Assembly: GCA_965644315.1 (NCBI GenBank)
Contig: CBFFRQ010000018.1
Location: 1,178,001 to 1,242,000 of the forward strand
DNA from: Caecitellus pseudoparvulus
Lineage: Eukaryota; Protista; Bigyra: Bicosoecida
Length of the DNA stretch: 64,000 bases
Reading direction: 5' to 3'
Shown: positions 1-10,229 of the stretch, in pieces
How the letters are laid out: the number at the start of each line of letters is the position of its first letter
Position numbering within the stretch: position 1 is the first letter of the stretch
The notes under the pieces: model-generated
Seen by the model: only the letters and a program-made list of their open reading frames with translations
The model's database searches: none
Told to the model about the DNA's origin: nothing
Translations under genes and position numbers: made by a program

Positions 1-3000
1 ACTGCTGCAGGTCTGAGTGGTAGGCAGCGTGCAGCCACACGCTTGCGACGACGGCGAAGTCGGCCATGAGCACTGACACGATGCTGGTGTTCTCCAAGCT
101 GGACACGCTGAACTTCAGGCCTGCGTCAGCCGCCACAACCCGCGCCGTGTGGGTGCCGTCAGCTGGCAGGTTCCCCGCCTCCACGCCGTACACCTGCTCG
201 AAGAAGCGCAGGAGGGCCGCCTTGACGCCGAAGTTCTGCACCGTCAGCAGCGCGCCCACGATGCCGTGCATGGGCACTGCTGCCTGGATGAGCTGCCCTG
301 CTTCCTCGCGCTGCCGCACAGCCCTGCCCCTGTCATACCGCAAGCGGTTAGGGGAGCACGTCACCAGCAGCCTCAGCATGTGCTGGTAAAAGGATGCCAG
401 GCTGCGCTCCTCGCCCTGCACCAGCGTGTCGTCGATGCCCCGGGCAGGGCGCGGCTCTGTTGATGCCGACGCTGCTGCTGCTGCTGCGGCGACTTGAGCT
501 GGGGCCAGGTGCACTTGGCTGTTGCGCCGGGAGCGGCTGATGCCGGGCGCCGAGCCAGTGGACACCACCCGCCGCAGCATGTCGAAGCGGGAAGAGGGGG
601 GCGCCTCCTCCGTCCCACATGCCGTCAGCAGGGGGTCCACCTGCAGCGCAAAGTGGCACAGCGTGTGTGGGGATGCCAGGTACGGCAACAGCCCCAGCGG
701 GTGGGCCCGCGTGGACGCCAAGTCCACCGCCGGCTCCTGCACGTCCCCAATGTGCGGCCCCTTGGCAGCCTTGGCGGTCCAGCTGCTCGCCAGCTGCGGC
801 TGTGGCGCATCCACTTCACACAGCTGCCGCACGAGCATGTCCTGGGCAGCCTCGTTGCCAGTGTTGTCCACCAGGGCGAACAGCACCTTGAGCAGGCGGA
901 TGCGACTGCGAGTGCTGGTGGCGCTGCGCACCCGCTGCACCATGTGGGACACTGTCGAGTGGTGCACGTGCTTGCTGGTGCCCGGGCTGCCCACAGCAAG
1001 GCAAATGACAAGGTTCAGGACGCCAAGTCCCCACCCCTGCTGCAGGAGGAAGTAGTTCACGTGCGGCCGCAACAGCGCCTGCACTCGGGGGCTGGCCTGG
1101 GCCAGCTCCCGCAGCCCGGTGTACACCAGGCGCAGCATCTCCACGACGGGGTGAGCTGGTGCCTGAATGGACAAGCGTCCCTTGCCAGGCGCCTCATCCT
1201 TGCTGGCTGCTTCACGCATGCGCTGCAAGAAGTTGCTGGGGAGGGGCTTGGACACTGCCTGGCGCAGCAGCTCTGCGACACGGGTGCCTCGAAGGCGGCT
1301 GCTCACGGTGCCTCCCCGTGCCGCCCGACCAGCTGCTGTGCTGGCGCCGAGGACGTGGGCTGCCTTGTGAGCCGCCAGCATCTGCCGTGCAGGGATGCGG
1401 GCCGTGGACAGGAGGACATCCACGAGGCCGCAGCCAGCAGCGAGGCTGGCTGTGTCTGCGGCACCCACTTCTTCCACTGCTAGCTGCAGGTGCTGTCGAA
1501 TGCTGCGCAGGACAGCTGATGCCATAGGCGCGACGGTGGACAGGCGGCTTCCGTTGATTTCAGCGGCCGAGTGCGATGTCCGCTCCAGCAGCATGAGGGA
1601 GCGCAGGCGAGTCGTGTGCCTGGACAGCCCGTGCAGCAAGCGCTCGTGGGCTGGCGTGGGCAGCGTCATGGACCTGCGCAAGGTGCCCACCAGCTCCAGG
1701 GGCACGTGCTGCAGGCGCTGCAGGAGCTGAGCAGCCAGGCGCAGCAGGGGGGGCCACGCCTCAACGGCAGTCTGGCGCAGGAGCACCTCCCGCAGCCCAA
1801 ACCGCTCCGCAACGGCGACAAACCAGCCCGGGCCGTGGGCTGTGCGCGCGCCCGAGGGCTTCTTGAGCAGGGCCACCGCCCGTGTGGCGTCCCGCATGGA
1901 GCGTTCGCCGCCATCTGCAGCCAAGGCCACGACATCCTGCACCGCCCACACGAGGGCAGTGTCCAGGATGCGGTGCATGAGGAGGAGGGCAGCGCGCTTG
2001 GTTTGCAGGAGCAGCCGGCTCGGGATGGAGAAGAGGCGCCCCCGCCCTGTTCCCTGTTTCTCCTCCTGGCTCGCGTCCAGCACTGTGATGCAGTGTGGCA
2101 GCAAGTCCACCAGCTGCTGCCTGCCCAGGGCTCCCCGCCGCACCAGCGCGTGGGCAACGCCCAACACCGCCATGGCGCACTCGTTCTTGTCAGCCAACGG
2201 CATGCAGCGTGCCAAGAAGGTGCACAGGAAGGCGTGCAGCGCGTCAATTTGCCCCCTTGCCAGGGCAGGCAGGGGGCAGTCGGGCAACGCATCTACTTTG
2301 TGCAGCACCTCCAGGCTTAAGCTGGCCGACCGGTGGCGGGTGCGGCGTGCCTCCCCGCCGCTGCTGCCCCCGCCCTCCAAGGCGCCTGCGAGGTCAGTGC
2401 TGCGGGATACCATGGTGATGACTTCTGCGACTAGGTCTAGTGAGTCTGCGCTGTCGCCGGGCGGCGGCGTGGGCTTGCCATGCGCCACGGCGGCGAGGTG
2501 GGCCAGCGGCAGGAGGGGGCGCAAGTTGCCCAATGATGTCTCATACCCAGCTTCCGCGGGGTGGAAGACGTCACGCTGCAGTGCTGCGTCTGAGGGCGCG
2601 GCATGCTCAAGCTGAGTGGACTCCAGCGCCGCCGCGTCGTCAGCCTCGGACACGTACGGCACCACGGTGGCGAAGGCACAGGCACCCGTGGAATCATGCA
2701 GCCCCACACGGTCCTTGATGATGTGCGGCTCCAGGAATGCCACACGCAGCAGGTGCGTGAGCTGGGCGCGCAGGGGCAGCAGGTCGCCCGCCAGCGCCTC
2801 ATCCTGCACCAGGCTGCTCAGGCGGTCAAACGTCATCTTCCCGTACTTCTCCATGAGGGAGCGCGTGATGACGCCGACGCCCCCAACGCTCAGGCGGCAC
2901 AGCAGACGCAGGAAGGCCACAACAGCAGGAGTAGTGATACCGCCCTCCTCCAGCTGCCCGTGTGGACCCTCTGGACTGCGCAGAAAGGCAGCTCGCAGCT

Positions 3001-6000
3001 GGTCGGGCGGCAGAGACCCGGACGCAGCTGCACCCGACGCAACGACAGCAGTGCTGTCCGTGCGACCCAGCTCAGGTGTCGCAGGAGAGGGAGGCTGCGC
3101 CGGCGCGGCCCCTTTCAGCGCTGCCCAGTAGGCCGAAGCAGGGTGCAGCATGATGCGCAAGAGGTGTGCCGAAGAGGCGCACAGGAGGCGGCGCACGACT
3201 AGCCACTGGTTGCGGGGCAGGGGCACGATGTCGGAGCCATCGCTGGCACACATGAACTCGTGGCCGCTTTCGACAGAATGGAAGGCGCCGCTCTCCGTGT
3301 CCACTTCTCGCGCCACAACTCGGCTGAGCAGCCCCAGGAAGTTGGGCAGCAGCTGGACATTCTCGGCCCGCAGGCAAGACGCAATGAGCACTTCGATTTG
3401 AGATGTCTTGATGTCCAACAGCGCGGGGCGGTACAGCAGCAGCAGGTCCTGCAGCGACCGCGCGGCCAGCTCAGTCAATTTCGAGTCCTGCTTGCGCCAC
3501 GGCGCATCCGGCACGGTCGGCGCCTGCAGCAGCTCAATGAGGCTTTCCATGTGCATGGCCCCCGCCGCGGCAGCCTCTCGGTTGCCCAACGTCAGGCTGT
3601 ACTGCAAGTGCAGGGCCAGCAGGGCACACTTGCGCTGCACGCTGGAGTGCCAGACTGCTTGCTGCCACTGCTCGACACCCTGCCGAGGTAGAGTGAGGAG
3701 CGTGCCCGCTTCCCCCATGGTCTGCGCAGGCGAAGCGCTGGGCGGCACGTCCTGCGTCAGTACAGCCACCAGCTTCACCAGCATGTCGTGCATGTGCAGC
3801 TGCTGCAGCACTTGCTGTGTGCTTTGCGCCACGACAGGCTGTACGTCTGAGCCCGAGCCAGGCGCCACCACTGCTGTCCACCACTGCTGCACCGCTGTGG
3901 ACCCTGCCTCCAGCACTTCCTGAGACGGAGGCGGCAGGGTCGCCGTGCCTTGTGATGCTGAGGCTGTGGTGAGGATGGCTTCGTGCAGCGCGTGGGCAGC
4001 CACATGCTGCTGGGAAGCGGCGCCACGCAGCAGGGCAGTGCACTCGACGGTGGTAAAGGCGTGGCCTTGCAGCAGGCGCAGAAGCCTGAGCAAGGTGGGC
4101 AGGAGCGTGTCCAGCAGCGCTGCCTCCACATGGACAGGGGGGAGCTCTCCAATGGCACGGGCTGCCGTTGCCACACAGGCCTGCAGTGTGGGACCTTGAA
4201 ATGAGAGGGATGCCTCTGGCGAGCCGGGAACGCTTGCGCAGGCGGCGGTGGGCGGCACGACAGCAGCCTCAAAGTGCCGCACGTTGGCGAACCGGCGCAG
4301 GGTTTCAGCACACTGCGCGCCACGTGCTACCAGGTCTGCATGGTATGCTTCAATGCCAGCGCCAAAGACGCCTATGGCGGCGTCAGGGCTGTGCATGAGG
4401 GCCAAGCGGCGTTCACTCTCTGCGGTGGAGGCGACGGTGCGGCACCGCTGCAAGCTGACAGAACCTGCGCCTCGCTCCAGAGCAGGCAGCAGGGCTGAAA
4501 CCTCTGCTTCCACTGCCAGGTGCGACACGGTGCTCAGCCACATGGTGCTGCCGTCTGGCCTGGAGTGCCGCAGGAAGACGGACTCGTGCAGGAGAATGGG
4601 GGTGCCTGCACTTGGCGTGGAGTACTGCGATCGCACAGCGTGGAAGGTAGCAGCGGCTTGCCGACTGCTCACCAGGCTGAGAGCTGTGATACTGCGAGAA
4701 CCGTGAGGAATGCCGCTCTCCACGTCCGCCCACTTGCGCAGCTCCCCTGGGCGGGCAGCTGGCTGCAACTTGAGGGGGCTGGGGGTTGCCGGTGGCGCCC
4801 CCAGCGCCGCTGTGAGCCCGCTGGGGCTGTTCTGCTCCAGGACACCAAGGAACTTGCGGGAGGCCGGGTGGTACAGGACGAAGGCGGTGTCCTCCTGCAC
4901 TGCTCCACACCCCCCCGCCACCAACTGCACCTGCCAGACGGAGGAGGAATGGCACCGTGCATGTAGGTAGTTGTTGTCGTGGGTCAGCTGCTCCACCGAG
5001 CGCCCACCCATAGCCGACGCGGCATCTGACGTGTCATCCGCCGGCCCTGGCGCGCGGAAGTACAGGCTCTCCTGCCCTAGAGTCCGCCCCGCCAGGGACA
5101 CTTCGGCGGTGGCACTGACGAAGACCGTGCCCGCAACGCTGGGCAAGGCGTCCGAGGCGAGGAGCAGGTACGCCCCGCCGTGCAGCAGCAAAGCCGTCTG
5201 CAAGCCCTCCTGCCCCGCCTCCGGGGCTGGCTCGGTGGAGACAGGCTCCACAGCGCCACTTGGCCCGTCCCCGTCGTCCACCTCCAGGGGCGCAGGGAGG
5301 AGGTTGTGCTTGGAGGCGGCAGCCCCCTCCGCCGCGGCAGCCCACGCGAGGGATGCAGGCGCCGCGAAGCGAGTGGCGTCATGCAGCGAGTTCGCCGCGA
5401 ACGAATGCCCCAGCCCCAGCATGTGCGAGATGCCCAGCCCGCTGGCCGGAGAGGTGCAGGCCAGGGCCTGTGCGTCCCGCGTGTACAGCGGCACCAGTCT
5501 CCACTCCGTGACGGTGAAGCTGCGTCCGTCCTCCGCCCCCGATGCCGTGCCAGCCGTGTGCCACGGCAGGTGTGCCCCGAGGGACGTGTTGAGAAATTGC
5601 ACCATGGCTTCGCTGCCCGTGGCGACGATATGGCGGCTGGCCACCAACACCGCCTCTGCCGCCTGCGCCTGGCCTCGCACGGCACTGCCCAGTCGCATCC
5701 AGGGAGAGGCGCTGGATGCCTGGGAGGCCTGGCTCGCGGCCACGACGCGCCGGAGGCCAGTTGGCAGCAGAGCAGGACTGGCACCGAAGGGCGCCAGCAC
5801 CTTCATGAGGGCGCTTTGCCGCAGGGGCGCAGTGCCCAGGTCCACCCGCACGTCGGCACCCCACCTGTGTGAGACGAGCTGCACCGTGTCGCCCCACTGC
5901 ACCAGCTGTCCCGGGGAGCGGTCAGGGGAAGCGAGGGAGAACCAGGTGTTGGACGAACCCTCCATGTACGGGTCCTGTGAGGAGTCCTCCAGCACCAGCT

Positions 6001-8268
6001 GGAAGAGGGAGGTCTGCTGGCCCACGGTGCAGGTGCTGCCTGCGCCGCTGGTGTACTGCCCCCGCAGGCGCACGGCGAGGAACTGACCAGTTCCCGCGTG
6101 ACGCAGCTGGATGAGGTTGCCATACTTGACAGGCCCGCCTGGCTGCCTGCAGTGCTTCCACCACTCCTGCCACTCCCCTGTCGCCACGTGCAGTAGCTGG
6201 GATGGCAGGACGCCCGCAGGTAGCATGCCCGCCTCCACCGCAGCATGGCTCAAAGTGAGGGGCTGCAAGCGACCTGGGGTGGTCCAGTACGCGAGGGAGC
6301 AGGGCAGCCCAGTGACGCAGCAGGTGGTGCTGGCGTCGGCGTCAGGGGCGGACTGCGAAAACCAATGCTTCACGTCGGCGTCGTACCGCACGTCCAGCGT
6401 GACCACACCTGCAAAGGCCCCATTCCTGAAAAAGGGCACGGAGTATGTGACCATCCAGATGTCGCCACCCCCCTCGTCAAAGTACGGCGCGCTCCAATGG
6501 TCTTGCTTGCGCTGGGCTGGCGTGGCAAACCACTCGTCAGCGGTGTAGTCGTAGGCGAGGGGCTCCATGGCGATGCTCTCAGTGCCGGCGGCTGGGGCAG
6601 CCACAGCAGAGTCACCGGGGTCACTGCCGGCTCCAGCAGGCTCCCTGCCTGCCACTGCCTCGGGTGTGCTGCGGGCTGCCCAGTCAAAGCCTGGGCCGGC
6701 TTCCTCCTCCTCGTCTCCCTCCTCGTCACTCGGCTCGTCGGCTTTGCACGCGTAGAAAGACGCACGGCTGGCACTGCCATAGGCGCTTTCAGCAAAAGCG
6801 ATGCAGCTGCCGAACACCCGGGCATTGCTGGCCAGGATGTCCATGAGCAGCTCACGAAGCGCGGCGTGTGAGGGGTTCGCTTGTGGTGCCAGCGCCAGCG
6901 AGCCCTCTTTCGAGGGCTCCACGCCGTGACCCACCTCTGTTGAGTGCGGCACAGCGGTGTCCAGTGCCCGGGTGAGTTTGGCTGCCGCTGCGCGAGGCCC
7001 TGCGGCGAGGGCCTCCAGGCTGTCCAGTGCCACCAAGGTGCGAGCGACGCCGGAGGAGAGTGCCTCTGGATCGCTCACCGCCTGGGCAGCGTGGCCTTGT
7101 GCTGTGACAAGGTCCTTCTCCGAGCCAGCAGCCAGCTTCACGGAGCCGACAGTGTCTGACTCCCCCAGCTGCACGTCCATGGTGGCAACGCCAGCAAAGA
7201 CGCCTGCCAGGCGGATGGGCACAGAGTACGTGATCATGGGCACGTTGCCACCCCCCTCATCGACGTACCCATCCGACCAAGTGGCACGACCCAGCTGGCG
7301 TGGCGTGAAGTACCAATCCCACTCTCGGTACAGGGGCAGGTAGCTCGGCGGGTGCAAGTAGTCGAAGGAGATGTCCCAAAAGGGGTTACTCTCGGAGCCC
7401 TCCTCATCCCTCTGCCCGAAGATGCAGAAGATGGGGGCGGGCTCCGAGGCGTCAGTGGGCCTGAACACGCCTGCTTCGAAGGCCACTGCCATGGACAGGA
7501 TGTTGTCGTCGTTGCGCATGGAGGAGGCGATGAGCGCCTTGAGCTGCTCCTCCCGCAAGGCGTCCACGCCCACGCCCTCCACGGCCGAGGCCAGCAGGCG
7601 CGGCCACTGCGCCATGCGCTGCAGGGCAAGGTCGATGCGGGGGCCGCTGGCGACCTGAGCATCCTCCCCGAAGCGAGAGGTGGTGGCGTCCACGTTGCCA
7701 CACTCCGGCGACGGGAACAGGCGTGCTGGCGGCGAGTGCTCCGTGCACGACGCAATGAAGAGCGTGTTGGCTGAAGGGCTGGCGTGGGTGGATGTGAGGC
7801 CGAACACTGCTCCGGGCTGCGAGTCTGCTCCCAGTGCTGCCTCGCACTTGTCCGAGACGAGGCCCAAGCCATCGCCCACCCGAATGGGCCGAGCACACGA
7901 GGCAGCCCGCTGGAACACCTCAGCCATGCTGGTGGGAACATGGGGCACCCCCACACGCAACGGCGCCTCAGAAGTCGTCGATGCTGCCTTTCCTTCTGCT
8001 GGAGACAGCGCCCGTGAGGTTGAAGGGGGCGCCGCGGCCGCAGCGGGCGAGCCAGGGCGAGCCCTAGAACCACCTGCGAACCCGGCGGAGCAAGCATGAG
8101 GGCGTCCGGCGAGCAGGGGGGAAGAAGGGGCATTATTCGCACCCCTGTTACGGGAGATTCGCGATGGTCCCGTCGTGTGGGCTGCTGCCAAGCGGCGGGA
8201 AAGTCAAAGGGTGGCGAAGTTGGCGTGCTGGGCTTCGGCAGTGCGGAGTTGGGCTCACCTCCTGACAT
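1..8268 (-). CDS. IP3-receptor/RyR-superfamily protein with two N-terminal Cache (PDC) domains; partial, C-terminal part continues beyond the left edge
   Basis: The minus frame with codons starting at positions =1 mod 3 appears open from 8203 to base 1: manually translated segments have no stop, and the ORF track lists nothing in this frame below 8939. Motifs: GGPVKYGNLIQLRHAGTGQFLAV (~6140-6070, cf. ITPR1 [23 protein letters not shown]); SSSVWQVQLVAGGCGAVQEDTAFVLYHPASRKFLGV (MIR, ~4950-4845); RIH1 ~3830-3180 ending PLPRNQWLVVRRLL; RIH2 EMLRLVYTGLRELAQASPRVQALLRPHVNYFL...AAQDMLVRQL (~1140-820); VKAALLRFFEQVY (~228-190). The start is tentative: ATG 8268 with a GT-AG intron 8258..8074 that restores this frame; alternative in-frame ATG at 7927. 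Confidence 0.88.
6390..7040 (-). other. Cache/PDC sensor domain 2 (within the IP3R-like CDS)
   Basis: LRELLMDILASNARVFGSCIAFAESAY...SFYACK, then an acidic low-complexity insert, then LAYDYTADEWFATPAQRKQDHWSAPYFDEGGGDIWMVTYSVPFFRNGAFAGVVTLDV. Confidence 0.92.
7170..7640 (-). other. Cache/PDC sensor domain 1 (within the IP3R-like CDS)
   Basis: RIDLALQRMAQWPRLLASAVE...EEQLKALIASSMRNDDNILSMAVAFEAGVF...FDYLHP...WDWYFTPRQLGRATWSDGYVDEGGGNVPMITYSVPIRLAGVFAGVATMDV. Matches the membrane-distal dCache_1 module pattern of bacterial receptors (WY..P...G...WSEPYFDEGGG...M.TYSVP....F.GV.T.D). Confidence 0.88.
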
Positions 8269-10229
8269 GTTGGGTGCAGATGTAGGCAACGAGCCACGCA
8301 GCAGTACCTGAAGACGCGTGGATGGGCTTCCTGCTCTCCCTCAACGTGAGCTACTCCTTGGAGTCAGCTAACAGTGGCACGAAGGCGCTGCGGAACTTGA
8401 CCGCCCCTTGCGTGACGATGGGCAGCCGTGCAAAATCGGCGATTAGAACGGCCACGACGAGGGGCCTGGCCTAGACACATCGAGGGCATGCTGTGTTATT
8501 CTATGCTCGAAGCTTGAAGTGCTTGTGAGTCCGGTGGCTGAGCAGCGGGCTTGCTCGAGGTGCTCGTCGGCACCCCCCCTCGAGCCGTCGTGCGGGGGCC
8601 CTGCGGGAACATCCTCCGCTGCCGGCAAACGGCCGATCCTCCCACAATTACAATCATGCTCCACTCACCACGTCTTCGTGCATGTACGTGCCACAGACCC
8701 CCCATGTGCACCGGGAGCGAGCCAGTTGCCGTTTGGTCAGACATGGCCAGTGGCAGGTGCGGAAGTGTCAGCATCCATCATGTACGTGCGCTGCCCGGCC
8801 TGTGTTCCTCGTGCACACCCAACGGCATGCCAACTAGAGTCACCCGTCACCTCGCAACCAACGGTGCTGAGGCGCTTAAGCATGCCAACACTGACGGCGT
8901 GCAATGACTGGTGTGCCCTGCGCCTCACAGCCACAGCATCAAGTACCGCGCCACACCCCTCTTTGCCCAGGCTTCCTCATGACTTGCCGATCCGTCAGCT
9001 CACCATTCGTCTGACTCTGTTGCACATGGCCCGGATGCTGCGCGAGGGGGAGCTCGGCAGGTCCAACTGACGATGTAGGTGCGTGTTCCGCTGAAGTGCA
9101 GTGCACTTGACGGGGTCTCAATTCTCCGTACAGCGCGAACCATGCCATGGTCGTGAACTGTCCCACAGCACCCCAACAACGCTTGTTGGCGATCGGGTGT
9201 CGCGCAGGGTTCCCAGTGCTCTGTTTGTGACAATACGCTGACGCACACTTCACAGGCAGAGCCCGCAGCTGTCTTCTGGAGTTGTGGCCGACGGCTCGGC
9301 CAAACTGACATGTCCGTGTTCCCATCTTCTCCAGGTGCGTGCTTGTGTCCTGTCCGTCCATCCAGCACATGTAGACCATGTGCAGCACGGTCAGTTTTTT
9401 TTCGCCCCGCCGTGCGCGCAAGCGCTTCAGTGGTGGTGTCGTCTGCCAGACCGTGCCAGAGTGGCGTATGGCAATTCGGAGCTACGCTAGCGGTGGTCAT
9501 TCTTGGTGTGCAAGCGCGCTTAACAACGCGCCATGAGCTCAGCTGGGAAAGCCCCGCCACATTTTCTTCCCCCCATATTCTCAGGTTAGTGCTGGTGGCG
9601 TGTCCTTGTGAGCCCCCGTCTGTCGACTGGCTAATAGTTTGGTAGCTGCAGCCTGGTGCTCGCCTGTCGTGGCGAGTGCCAACTTCGATGGACGCACAAC
9701 GAGACGATGCCACTTTAAACCATCGCGTGTGGGCTTCTACCGTGCGGGGTGACCTGTCTCAGGCAACATGCTGTCCCTTCATCACAGACGTCGGCTCGGG
9801 ATGTATTTCCCCGGACAGCGTTTTTCAACGTGAGTGCCGCACCCGTCCCGTGCTTGTTTGTTAATGTCGGGTGCCAGCCCATGCCCTCGCACACCCGTGC
9901 ACGGCCGAACTTTGCTAGAGCCTCGCCCTTCCATGGCGGGTCCTCTCGTTCCCGTTCGGCAAGATCAGGCGCACCCGACATCAACCAATAAGTCGCCTTG
10001 GGCGGAATCCACAGCGGCGGGGCCATCTCGTGCCCTGTCAGTTACTAAGAGCCGGCCACACTTCCATCCTCCTCTGGATGCGCAGGCTATGACCTTGAAG
10101 AACTCCACTCCCGCCTCACCACCCCTTGTCGCGCCCGCACTCCGCCTCACCCCACTAAAATTCATGTTGCATCACACGGCACGACCGGGTATTGTAGTTC
10201 ATCCTGCTTGCCCACGGCCGGCGCCCAGC

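Noticed and set aside
6390-7640. Bacterial contamination as the source of the Cache domains
   Set aside because: They are in frame with eukaryote-specific IP3R domains, have similar composition, and sit among intron-containing genes. A read-level check is still advisable.
66-8311. Many listed ORFs of 60-370 aa (e.g. 494..1483 +, 4971..6086 +, 7234..8289 -)
   Set aside because: Antisense or off-frame shadows of the unlisted long minus-strand CDS; they have no motifs and are expected at this GC content.
8939-9713. ORFs of 160 and 237 aa on the minus strand
   Set aside because: No recognisable motifs and a composition unlike the confident genes.
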